Source: Octopus sinensis (Eukaryota). From it: a stretch of 64,000 nucleotides of DNA. The number at the start of each line of letters is the position of its first letter. The stretch's first letter is position 1. The notes beneath the pieces were generated by a model that was not told where the DNA came from, ran no database searches, and was given only the letters and a program-made list of their open reading frames with translations. The position numbers and the translations under genes were made by a program. Below, piece after piece: positions 39,283 to 51,261 of the stretch. Location: assembly GCF_006345805.1 (NCBI RefSeq), contig NC_042997.1, positions 206,088,001 to 206,152,000 on the forward strand, given 5' to 3'.

Positions 39283-39627
39283 AAATATGAGACACTGCCT
39301 AGTGCTTTTTATATTTTGATAAGCCTGGTGCTTATTCTATCAGTTTCTTCTTGTGAAACCAGTAAGTTATGGGGATGTAAATAAACGAACACCAGTTGTG
39401 AAGCAGTGATGAGGGAGAAACACGAAGACACACATAGACTTACATATATACATACATATATATATACAATTGATTTCTTTCAGTTTCTGTCTACAAAATC
39501 CACTGACAAGGCTTTGGTTGGTCTAAGATTATAGCAGAGGACACATGCCATGTTACCACGCAGTGGGACTGAACTGAGGACCATTTGCTTTGGAACAAAG
39601 TTTGTTACCACACAGCCACACCTGCAC
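39283..39627 (-). mobile_element. tRNA-derived SINE, duplicate of 41-381 including flanks
   Basis: Matches 35-560, including the flanking microsatellite pattern out to about 39830. Confidence 0.8.
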
Positions 39628-39892
39628 CTATATTTATGTGTGTGTGTTGGTGGGGGTGTATGTGTGTATGGGTGTATATATGTATGCATGTATATATGTG
39701 TATATATATGTGTGTACATATTACATGTACAGCTATATATACATCTAGAATACATGTATACATATACAGCTACACGTATACATGTATACATATACATCTA
39801 TATATATACACACACACATATATATATATATATATAAGCAATAATAAATCTCTGAACGAGATGTAAACAGTAACTGCACGACAATGTGAGGT

Positions 39893-39933
39893 ATACTAGC
39901 CATCTCAATATGGCTAACCACTAAGGGTGGATG

Positions 39934-40020
<87 letters not shown>

Positions 40021-40347
40021 CATATATATATACATATATATATACATCCATATATATATACATCCATATATATATATACATATATATATACATCCATATA
40101 CATACAATAGAGAGATGTTTTTATTTCACTTTTAACACATAATACTGAAATAGTGGAGAAGATACAATATTGCTGTGGGCCCGCCCTAGGCAATAAGTTA
40201 AACATGTTTTTTGCCCATGACACTACATGGACCCTAAGTAAGCATGTGTAAAATTTGAATGAAATTGGTTGTGTAGTTCTCAAGTTTTAGGGATTCACAC
40301 AGACTGACAGATAGACAGACACACATTCTCAGTTTTATATATATAGA
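39893..40347 (-). mobile_element. Short non-autonomous Helitron
   Basis: TCTATATATATAAAACTGAG start; 3' hairpin TAGCCA-TATTGAGA-TGGCTA ending CTAGT. Confidence 0.6.
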
Positions 40348-40679
40348 ATATATTCCTCATGCATTCCAAAACCAAGTTACAGATTTTGACGTATGGGGTA
40401 TCATAAGATTCAGTACTAATTTGGTTACAAATTAAACTTAATTTCCATTCATATATTTGCATTTCAAAATTGAATATTATAATCTCTTCCATAAATCAAC
40501 TATTGTAAACATGTTATACGATGACGTCACATTTTCTATATGTGTGTGTGCCTTAAAAGACATCAATCATCACAACACACACCTTCACTTACTCACTCTA
40601 TCTCTCTTTTTTACTCTCTTTCTCTCTCACACACTTACGAAATCAATGTTTTAATGATTAGACAGATGTATTAGTAGAA

Positions 40680-41460
40680 TGGCTCTCGGAAACAGACTAC
40701 ATGCAAATTCCTTCTTTATAACTCCTGAAGCTGTTTTCAAATATGATCCATCCCATTCTTATAAAAATAATAACTCTGTCCAAATTGGTGTGCTAAACAC
40801 AAATTGTCTTTTCTGTAGAGCTTTAAAATTTTCAAATGAAACAAATGGTATGTGCTGCTCAGGTTGTCAGGTAACATTGCCAGCACTATACCAGCTCCTT
40901 CTCAACCTCTTATGGATCTTCTAGAAGGCATTTCCATCCAGTCAAAGGATTTTCTGAACAATATCAGACAATAAACTCTGCATTTCAAATGACATCGTTT
41001 GGTGCATCTAAGAAGATCGATAAACATGAATTTACGACGAGGTCAAAGTTCAAGGGCAAGTCTATCACCTCATTGGTTCCCTGGTACCCACAAATGAACA
41101 GTCACAGTTCCTCCAAATTTACTTTATGAGTAACGTAGGACAACAAACCCGAAGGAGGTGTCAACATTTCAGGTGATGGGTCGTGTTAGACACATCGCCG
41201 ACCGCTGTAAAAGAGAGTATATCCACTGACAGCTTTTCAGTGCATTCCAAAATCACATAACTCCCACAGGGTAGGGCCTGAAATACTCCAAACGGACGCA
41301 TAGCATGTTGCTTAGTCGAATTAACCCATCATTTACTCCACAAATGTTGTGTTGTCAATGCTGCACTTTCCCATATCACCTGTTTCAACATAACTGTAAT
41401 ATATTATATACAAACTATGCCATTTTAATCCTGAGCAATGTCGGGTATCTCTGTTAGTAT
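40680..41460 (+). mobile_element. Helitron deletion derivative with Rep N-terminal remnant
   Basis: CLFCRALKFSNETNGMCCSG.VTLP, DFLNNIRQ..SAFQMTSFGA, KVQGQVYHLIGSL, FLQIYF; ends GAGCAATGTCGGGTATCTCTGTTAGT. Confidence 0.8.
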
Positions 41461-41479
41461 GTATATATGTATATATATA

Positions 41480-42560
41480 TCATCATCATCATCATCATCA
41501 TCATCGTTTAGCGTCCGCTTTCCATGCTAGCATGGGTTGAACGGTTCAAATGGGGTCTGGGAAGCCAGAAGGCTGCACCAGGCTCAATCTGATCTGGCAA
41601 TGTTTCTACAGCTGGATGCCCTTCCTAACGCCAACCACTCCGTGAGTGTAGTGGGTGCTTTTTACGTACCACCGACACAGGTGCCAAACGAGGCTGGCAA
41701 ACGGCCACGATTTGATGGTGCTTTTTACGTGCCACTGGCACGGAGGCCAGGCAATGCTGGCAACGGCCACGTTTGGATGGTTCTCTTACGTGCCACCGGC
41801 ACTGGTATCACAGCTACAATTTCCATTGATGTTGATCGCTTTTGATTTTGATTCTGATTTCTGATTTCTCACTTTCCTCAACGGGTCTTCACAACTAGAG
41901 TTTTGTGTCCCAAGAAGGAAAAGGTATGCGTAAGTGGACCGGTTACATACCAGGTAGAGGCCATGGGTTATGGTTTCACTAGTCCTGCCGGGTCTTCTCT
42001 CACACAGCATACTTCCATAGGTCTCGGTCTCTAGTCATTTCCTCGGTGAGCCCTAAAGTTCGAAGGTCGTGCTTCACCACCTCATACCAGGTTTTCCTGG
42101 GTTACCTCTTCCACAGGATCCCTCAACCGCTAGGGTGTGGCACTTTTTTAAACAGCTGTCTTCATCCATTCTCGCCACATGACCATACTAGCGCAAACGT
42201 CTCTCTTGCACACCACAACTGATGCTTCTTAGGTCCAACTTTTCTCTCAAGGTACTTACACTCTGTTGAGTATGGAAACTGACATTACACATCCATCGGA
42301 GCATACTGGCTTCATTTCTTGCAAGCATACATGTATCCTCAGCAGTCACGGCCCATGTTTCACTGCCATGTAGCATGACTGTTCGCACACATGCGTCATA
42401 CAGTCTGCCTTTTACTCTGAGCGAGTGGCCTTTTGTCACCAGCAGAGGTAAGAGCTCTCTGAACTTTGCCCAGGCTATTCTTACTCTAGCAGTTACACAT
42501 TCAGCACACCCGCTCCCGCTACTGACTTGGTCACCTAGGTAACGGAAGCTATCAACTATT
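41480..42560 (-). mobile_element. RTE LINE 3' fragment
   Basis: ORF 42188-42439 RLYDACVRTVMLHGSETW plus 3' UTR and (GAT)n tail. Confidence 0.88.
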
Positions 42561-42574
42561 TCTAGTATTTCTAG

Positions 42575-42619
<45 letters not shown>

Positions 42620-42644
42620 TATGTTGATATTTGTTTCTTTTCAG

Positions 42645-42763
42645 GAACCACATTGTCAAACAACTCCCGTCATCATCCACAACACCCCAGAACTAAAATG
42701 ATATCCACACATGTTGGTGACATCAAAATACAACTAATATTTGAGTCAATTTCTAATGTATAT
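42645..42763 (+). CDS. Exon A of macrodomain protein (PARP14-like): linker and first macro strands
   Basis: ttcttttcAG|GA ACC...GTA TAT|GTgagt; (G)TTLSNNSRHHPQHPRTKMISTHVGDIKIQLIFESISNVY, phase 1 to 0, open and in frame with the next exon. Confidence 0.8.
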
Positions 42764-43044
42764 GTGAGTAAATAGATTCATGTAACATATTTATATTTAA
42801 TTGTTATTTCATTTCCAAATGAGGAATCATTACAGTTAATTAAAACATTTTCTCAATCAAACTCAAACATTTTATTTCCTTCACATCTGATATCTTGAGT
42901 ATATCTTTTGCTAACTTTAACAACCTCAAACTTACTACAGCCATTCTGTAGAGCCTTTCTTAACAACAATATCAACTGCAACAATGTATCTCTCTTCTCT
43001 CCATGGAATGTTCCTTAGCTGTTTACCATTAATTACTTTTGTAG

Positions 43045-43272
43045 GTTGATGTTGTCGTTAACAGCAGCAATAAAGAACTCCAGCTTAACAGGGGCTCTGT
43101 CTCTAAACTTCTTCTCAAAGCTGCTGGTCCACAGATACAAGATGAATGTAACCAGAAATATCCTCAAGGTATTTCTACATCTGAAATTGCCATCACTAAA
43201 GGACATGACCTCAAATGTAAGAATGTATTTCATCTGGTATTACCTGACTGGAATGAAAAAAACCCTGATTCA
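43045..43272 (+). CDS. Exon B: N-terminal half of macrodomain
   Basis: tttttgtAG|GTT GAT...GAT TCA|GTaagt; 76 codons VDVVVNSSNKELQLNRGSVSKLLLKAAGPQIQDECNQKYPQGISTSEIAITKGHDLKCKNVFHLVLPDWNEKNPDS. Matches the macro motif DVVVN...G..SK.LL..AGP..Q.E typical of PARP14 macro 2/3. Confidence 0.92.
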
Positions 43273-43645
43273 GTAAGTATCAATCATATTATATTGATTT
43301 ATTGTAAGAGTTGTTGTACAACCCTAGGTTATCATCGATCCAGCATCTCTGTGGCATGAATGGAATTGTCCATAAAACTATGCACAATCCACAGATGTGT
43401 TTTTCCAGTCATACAACACCTCCGTCTGCTTCAAGACAGAAGCATGTACTTTGGTGTCCAGTGATGTACAGTTTGGGCTACAGTGTGACAGTCTGGACAG
43501 GCAACTGCCACCATTGAGGAAAACTTTGGCCTTTTCCTCCACATGGTGATGGACGATAGGCAACTGATTACAAATCAAATAGCCAATGCTAGGAGCATAT
43601 TCCATGAGACAGTTTTGTCCTCACCAACCATTCTAATTGTTCCTA

Positions 43646-43882
43646 ATGCTTACATGTATCCTCAGCAGTCACGGCCCATGTTTCACTGCCATGTAGCATG
43701 ACTGTTCGTACACATGTGTCATACAGTCTGCCTTTTACTCTGAGCGAGAGGCCTTTTGTTACCAGCAGAGGTAAGAGCTCTCTGAACTTTGCCCAGGCTA
43801 TTCTTACTCTAGCAGTTACACTTTCAGCACACCCGCCCCCGCTACTGACTTGGTCACCTAGGTAACGGAAGCTATCAACTAT
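43646..43882 (-). mobile_element. RTE fragment nearly identical to about 42325-42560
   Basis: VDSFRYLGD...MLHGSETW; similarity stops at the same point (GGAAGCTATCAACTATT). Confidence 0.85.
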
Positions 43883-44500
43883 TCCTGAGGATACATTGTT
43901 CCTAATCCAGTTCGAAATTGATTGATATACATTGTATTGTAGATATTCCTTGAACAAACTATTACATTAAAATACAGTCTCTTGTGCGCAGTGTAAAGGC
44001 TGTTGTATCCCAAACACTGCATCCCAGGCGGTTCTCTGTGTTGTCCTGCCTTGTGGGCTGTTCTGCTGCATTTTACAATATGTTCTCACTCAGATTTCCC
44101 TCTTGTAAAGAATCATTAATCTCTCTTATTCCCTGTTGTTGTTTCCATTAATTACAAGAGCCTACTTCAATTACACTGTGTATCCACCTAATCTTACAAC
44201 ATTTCTCTTTCCATTCATGGCATCCATATGTTCATTTAGACAGGCTTCTTTCTATCACATGATCTATGTTAATCCAATGATCACATCGTCTATTAATCTA
44301 GTAATCACTTGATGTTGTTTAAATGTTATTCTAATCTGTAAATCATAAACCATTTCTGTTTGCAACAACCAAATATGTTGGATATTTCTTAATCAAAGAA
44401 TATATTTATTACAACTTAATGGTTTCTCCCTGTAAGAAGAATTTGGAAATAGTTCCATAAAATGTTCATTATCAATTACTAAACAATTACTTTTTTTTAG

Positions 44501-44728
44501 ATTCTGGCAAACTTGACTCAAATAATGACCATTTGTCTGGAAAATGCTGAGAGAATGGGAGCAAAAAGCCTTGCATTTCCTATATTAGGGGCTGGGGCAT
44601 TGAATTACCCCATTGAAAATCTACCCGAAACAATGTTTGAAGCAGTGAAAAGCTACTCAAACCAAAATCCAAGCCAGATCAAAGATGTTTACTTTGTGGT
44701 TTATCCTAAAGACACAGAAATAGTAAAG
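44501..44728 (+). CDS. Exon C: C-terminal half of macrodomain
   Basis: ttttttttAG|ATT CTG...GTA AAG|GTtggt; 76 codons ILANLTQIMTICLENAERMGAKSLAFPILGAGALNYPIENLPETMFEAVKSYSNQNPSQIKDVYFVVYPKDTEIVK. SLAFP..G.G...YP is the macro loop-2 motif. Phase 0-0. Confidence 0.92.
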
Positions 44729-45709
44729 GTTGGTTGATGTATTTGTTGTTTGTTGTTTGATGTTGATATTCTTGGAATTTACCAAAAAATGATATTCCAC
44801 AATAAAGAAAAGAAACAGAAACGATCCTCACCTACAGCCCTTGTTCCATTTTGGAATGGGTGCAATAGTTTGACTGGCTCCAAAGAACCACAAAGGTTTA
44901 TTAAACCCCAGTGTCTGCTTTGGCATGGTTTCTATGGCTGGATGCCATTCCTAATGCCAACCACTTCACAGCATGTCCTGGGTACCTTTCTTCATGCTAC
45001 CTTTAATGCTGTTCGTTATATCTTGTTGTGCTTTATCCTTTCATTATACCATTTCCCATCACCAAAGTCTTGCTTCTGAAATATTCCATTGTAACATTTG
45101 AAGCTAAGAATGTTTTGCTTGTTGTTGTTGTTGTATTTATTGTTGGACCCTGAGTCAGTTCTGATTCTGCAGGCTGAAGGTCAAAGATGCTTGTATGTCT
45201 TTCTTCTCTTCTTTCCTTTCCATTCCTCTTCCTTCTTGTCTTCTTCCAAATTGCCACAACCAAGATATATATCACAATGCCACATCAATAATCTCTACCC
45301 TGATTCCCCTTTTCTTCCATTTCTTGTTCTGCGACTCTTTAAAACATCTTGTAAATTTACTGTCAAGGAGAATTTGAAGCTCTTCACCCTGAAGAAGGCC
45401 AACCTTGTCCACTTTGAAATATTCAATTTGCAGTTGTTCTGAAGTTTGTTTCTGATATTTGTTATTGATCTTCTCTAATTAAGAAGCTGTGTCCCTTAAT
45501 TTGCTGCTTTTGTATACACACGCCAAGAAGAAATCTTGCAGAACACATGTTATTTTAATAAGATGTGTCCTGTAATCCCCTGAGGAGACACATCTACACC
45601 AACAGATACACCTAAACCAGACTTTCAGTACCCAACAGGTGATGGATCAATAGACTTTCCCCTTATTCCAACTTCTGTCACACATACATACATATGTACA
45701 TACATCGCC

Positions 45710-46340
45710 TGATTAATAAGTATCTGGACTGTTGCCATAGTAACGAAGCTAAAGCATGCAGAGTGAAACTGTTTGGCAAAGATTGACCTTGAACTCTGAT
45801 GTGTATGTGCACTAAGTTTTAATGTTCTAGGTCACTTCCACTGATTATAGCAGTGCTTGGAAGAAACATGTGTAGTGTGTGATTGTTACATTGACCAATT
45901 ACTGAGAAAGTTGAGCAGAGAATCTGCATAAAACTTTGCCAAAAGCCTGCTGATACCTGTTCAGAGGCCACTGCAAAATTTTCAAAAAGTTTACATCGTT
46001 CTTGACACAATCAATGAGAATTTGTGCAACTGAAATCCGAGTGTCCTTTTGGTCAGCTGAAAGCAGTTTTAGCACAAACTTGGCAGCCATGCCTCTCATA
46101 CCCAAATTTTTAGTGATAATAGACTGAACTGGATTGTAACTAATCTACACATTTTCTGATTACGCGCAGATGGTGATTCAACGATTTCCCCTCATAGCTA
46201 CATGGACATCTGCGATGTTTTTCTCAGTTCTGCTGGCTGTGGGTCTCCCAAAACGTGCATCATTATCGACATTTTTGCTGCCATACTGGAATCATCTGAC
46301 AGATCAATGCTATATTGGTTGACATGATTGTAGTGATCAA
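45710..46340. mobile_element. Mariner transposase relic, rearranged
   Basis: + strand EKVEQRICIKLCQK (mariner N-terminus); - strand MRGMAAKFVLKLLSADQK...SVAQ (ORF 45899-46105). Confidence 0.65.
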
Positions 46341-48483
46341 TATACTTTCTCACATTTTCCAACTTCTGTCATGCATGCATGCATACATACATAGAGTGTG
46401 TGCATGTGTCAAAAGAAGTTGTTTAATGGCAGTCTTTCATTTGAAGAAGCAAAGTTGTCGACTTCACATATTTTGGATCATATGATTGTTCATTAATTTC
46501 CGTAAAATTGTTTTAATTTATTTATGCTTTGAAGAGAACAGAAATTGAAAGAGAGGATAAAGTGAAAAGTCAACATTTGCTTTGGAGAGAAGAAAGTAAA
46601 AAAGAGGAGAAAGTGTAAGATGTATATGTATATGAAATAGATGTATGTGTGTATGAGAGAGAGAAAGAGAAAGTGAGTGAGTGAAGGTGTGTGTTGTGAT
46701 GTATGAATTTTTTTGCATGTATGTGTAAATAACATTCTCTCTCTCTCACACACACACACAACCTCTTTCATATACATGCCCATAAATTAAATACATATGC
46801 GTCTCTTTTGTGTGCGAGAGAGAAAGAGAGAGGGGGATAGAGAGTGTGAGGGTGACTGTATTTCCTCATATAGAGAAATGGGTGTTTTTAATGCAATCTT
46901 TTGGTTGTGGCTTATTTTAATGCAATATTTATGGGTACATTTTCATAAATATTTGTCTGAGTAGATTTCTACACATGCATCAAACATCGGACAAAAGTGG
47001 AACATAAGAAACAAATTGAAATATTGTCTGAAAATGACGTCAAAATTGTACAACCCAACTGGGTTGCCAAGGTTATTTCAATTGTTAAAAAGAGACGTTG
47101 ATTCAAAAACAGTTTATTTGGTAGGTAGATAATAAGCAGCTTTCTTTATTATTATACAGATGTGACTAATTCGGAGATACATTACTTTCATTATTCCCAC
47201 ATCATCATTCTCGTAATGCAGTACTTTGTAATTTTGGTTCAGAGTAAAAGTGAAGCTATTTTCATTTTCTAATAACACCTGGTCGTTGAAGAGAAATGTA
47301 TAACCAGCTATAACTATCTCGTTATAGCTGGTTATTGAGATGACGTAGAAAATAGGTAAATGAAAATTAAGTTTATTTCACATGTGTAATTGATTTGATT
47401 GTTCTGGTCTTAACATCAGTTGGTAAGAATAGAAGTCATTTGAGGACACCTTCTTCTTTGTAATTGGCTCTCCTGTGGCAAGTTCAATTCAGGGAATCTC
47501 TATATCTATAAACCGCAAAATATCTGTGTCCTTTATACAAATCCACAGTTTTTCACATAAATTAAATTAAATTAAAGATGGGTTTGTTTCAACATGATAC
47601 AAACACAAGCAGGAGATGAATAGAATAATGCAAAAATTGAAGCAAAAAAAAAACAAATCATAGTAGTTTATCTCTCATATCTTTTCATTGTGCATAGAAG
47701 TGTGTAATAGTCAGAGTTATTATTTGAAATGTCTTGCGTTGATATACAGCATCTGTATATACAGACTAATGTAAACATTTATAGACTATATTGGTACATA
47801 TAGACTAATGTAAGTACGTTGTTTGTATACAACTATATTCTGTATGTATAGTAAGCAGCTTGTATATAAACTGAGCGTCATATATACACTTTCTTTATAC
47901 AATATGTGTTGGGGACAGGAAAAGATTGTTTGGCTGGACCCGTTCCTTTTCTTCTTTCTCCTTTTATCTATACCCACAGTGTTGGGTACACATCTGCAGA
48001 TATACTCTGTAGGACAGTATATATAGCATTGAAGTAAAGCACTGTTGACATACCAGTAATTCACTGGAATTTACTCAAAGCCAGTCTGTTTCAACAGAAA
48101 TGTTCTTCCTTTGTTTTAATCAGTTTTGAAAATAATGAGGAATTAAGTAAAATCGGTTTGTCATTATTAAGCTGGTGTTTGGGCATAACATGGAATCTTG
48201 ATACCAAATTCAATTCCATGAATAATTTTTTACAGTCACTTAAACAAGCAAATTTCATTTCTTTTTATTCTGTAAGTAAAAATTCCTCCTCAAACAACAG
48301 AATATTCAAAAGCCTGTTCCTCAGTGGAAGTTATTCTATGATACAATAAATGGAAATATTAATTTGAAACAATATTTGTGATAGAAATAATGAGTTAAAA
48401 CATTGCATTGTAATTAAGAGAAATTAATTAGGAAATTATGTTTTTGATTGAGTGATGATAAATTATTTGCTTACTTCTAACAG

Positions 48484-48574
48484 AAATTTAAAGAATATTT
48501 CCAAGAAATATCAGCAGATGGTTCAGATGATTCAGATGGTTCTGATGGTTCACATGGTTCAGATGTATCATCAG
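48484..48574 (+). CDS. Exon D: last macro helix plus Asp/Ser/Gly linker
   Basis: ttctaacAG|AAA TTT AAA GAA TAT TTC CAA GAA...TCA TCA G|GTaaat; KFKEYFQEISADGSDDSDGSDGSHGSDVSS, phase 0 to 1. Confidence 0.8.
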
Positions 48575-49181
48575 GTAAATTCTTTTGTTGTTTTTTCTTA
48601 TATTAAATATCCTTTAGGAAGAAACTAGTGACACTTTTTCTCATCATCGTCATCATCAATTATTTTTATTGTTATTATTATTATTGAATGAGAGCAGCAA
48701 ATGCCATCAAAGTAACAATGGGGTACAAATATACAAAGCCCAGTATCCACATCATTTCTACCCATCTGTTAAGGGTACACCAGGATCATGAATCACAACC
48801 ATATGTGCGCAACATGGTTATCTCTTATCAAGATAAACAGTGCATGGCCTATCAGGTGGGGCCCAGTTAGAATTTTCTTCAGGTTGAGTAACCCATCCCA
48901 CTCAAAAGGTCCCTGAATAAAAGATATTTAAGGATGTTGAATGAAACACCCTTGTCTCCAGGGGTGAATTATTCAAACTCCAAAGAATCCCTCTCAACAC
49001 ATAGCTATGATGCTCCCCCACTACTTCTGCTCGTGATCAGAGATGCACATATCGTCAGCCACTAAGGGACATGCACAACTGGTTAAGGTCAAACAACTGA
49101 CAAGCAAATCTGTGGTATTGAGCAGAATATTTGCTGTGACCCATCTTTTATACCAAGACAAAACAATGTACATGATAACAC

Positions 49182-49217
<36 letters not shown>

Positions 49218-49218
<1 letters not shown>

Positions 49219-49420
49219 GGTGGTGAGCTGGTAGAATCGTTAGCATACTGGGCATATCTGAGATCAAATGTTGCCAGGGTCACCTTTACTTAGTTTCAGG
49301 GCTGATAAAATAAGTATCAGTTGAGAATACTAGGGATGGGGGGTGAGGGGGTCAATATAACTTACTAACTCTTGTCCCTGAAATTGCTGGCCTTGTGCCA
49401 AAAATTTGAAATCATTGTTG
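49218..49420 (+). mobile_element. Second tRNA-derived SINE family copy
   Basis: GGTGGTGAGCTGGTAGAATCGTTAGCA head after (ATT)n; inverse copy at 59095-59285. Confidence 0.65.
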
Positions 49421-50478
49421 CTTTGTTGGCATATAAAAAGCACCCACTACACTCTCAGAGTGGCTGGCGTTAGGAAGGGCATCCAGCTGTAGAAATAATG
49501 CCAGATCAGATTCAGTTTGGCAATCATTGAAATTCCCTCCAAAACTGAATGTTTTGAAGGGGTCTATTCTACATATAACTCAAAGAGGAGAAAAAGAAAG
49601 AAAGGAGGAAAAAGAAAAGAAAGGGGGAAAAAGAAGAGAAGTAGAAAGGAAGCAAAAAGACTTTTAGTGATTACCAAACTACACCTGGTTTATTTATTTT
49701 TTTAAGTAGTCACCATCCTTAAACCCATTCCAGTACAATGGTAATGGAAAAAATAATTAAATAAATGAATGAATGGTGAATAGAAAGGTGGATATCCCTT
49801 CTCTCCCTCTTTCCCTCTACCCATCTGTCTGACTATCCATCCATCTATCAGCCAATATACCTACCTATATTTCTATCTGTCCATCTCCATTGTCTTGGAA
49901 CCTCATCCCAAAAACTAAAAACAATGTTCTCTTCTAAACAACCCCCACCCCAAACATCTGCTTTATATAAATGACTTTTGTTTCTCAATATACAATTTTG
50001 TACATCACACCTAAACACTCTGTATGATAAACACAGTAAATCTACAACACTCATCATCTCAACCACATACATCATCTCAAAAATACAAATATACCCTATA
50101 CTCTATCATGGTCCCTACTTTTAGGTCACTTTAAATAAAACCCTTGATTCAAAAGCACTGTGTACAAACTCTTTACTTAGAATGACCAATTTAAGATAAT
50201 ATTAGATTTTAGTCACAAGGTACTGGAATCATATATGCATACCATTCTGCCTAAATAATGGATCTATAAATGCAATATCCCTGCGTATCTCACATCTATT
50301 TTCATTCCTCCACTTCACTCTCTATTTCATATCTTATCTAAATTAACTATTGCTTAACCATCCTCTCACACCATCTCCGATGAAGAGATATAATAAATAT
50401 CTTAGAAACAGGTGTAAGACCTATTTATAAATGTTCTAAAATCTTCACAGCCTTAGTTTTTTATCTCATTCTGAAAAA

Positions 50479-50526
<48 letters not shown>

Positions 50527-50529
50527 TTT

Positions 50530-50745
50530 ACACTTTAATTCTTTAAATTTTTCTATCATTTGACTGTGGCTATGCTGGAGCACTGTTTTTAATCAAACAA
50601 ATCAACACCAGAACTTATTCTTTGTAAGCCTTGTACCTATTTTATCACTCAGCTTTGCCGAACTGCTAGTTTGCAGGAGTGTAAACACATGGATTCCAGT
50701 TGTCAAGCGATGGTGAGGGGACAAACACAGATACACAAACATATG
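50530..50745 (-). mobile_element. SINE 3' tail fragment
   Basis: CATTTGACTGTGGCTATGCTGGAGCAC...GGTTGTCAAGCG-like, matching 12625-12810. Confidence 0.7.
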
Positions 50746-50758
50746 TATATATGTATGA

Positions 50759-50804
<46 letters not shown>

Positions 50805-51261
50805 GGAGTCTGGTGCATCCATCTGGCTTGCCAGACTTCAGTCAAATCGTCCAACCTATACGATGATGATGATGATGATGATATATATATATAGTTAATC
50901 CAAACATGAAAACACAAAGAGAAATCACAACAACGCGAGGATGTGGAACAATTATAGTGTTATTGGACGCTCAGGAAAGGAAAGAAAGAACGAGGATTTA
51001 ACGTTTCGAGCAGAGCTCTTCATCATATATATGTATCAGGGAAAAATTAGATTTAGGAATAAATCTAATTTTACAGTATAAATATATATATTAAATTAGA
51101 GATAAAAACCACTATTAGGCAAATCAAACAGTGAAAAACATAAACCAAAACATAGAAATAAAATTAATTAATATATAAAATATAAAATTTAAAATTTAAA
51201 TTATTTAAATTTAAAGTTAAAATTAAAAAAAAAATTTTAATTATTAATTTATACTTATAAA

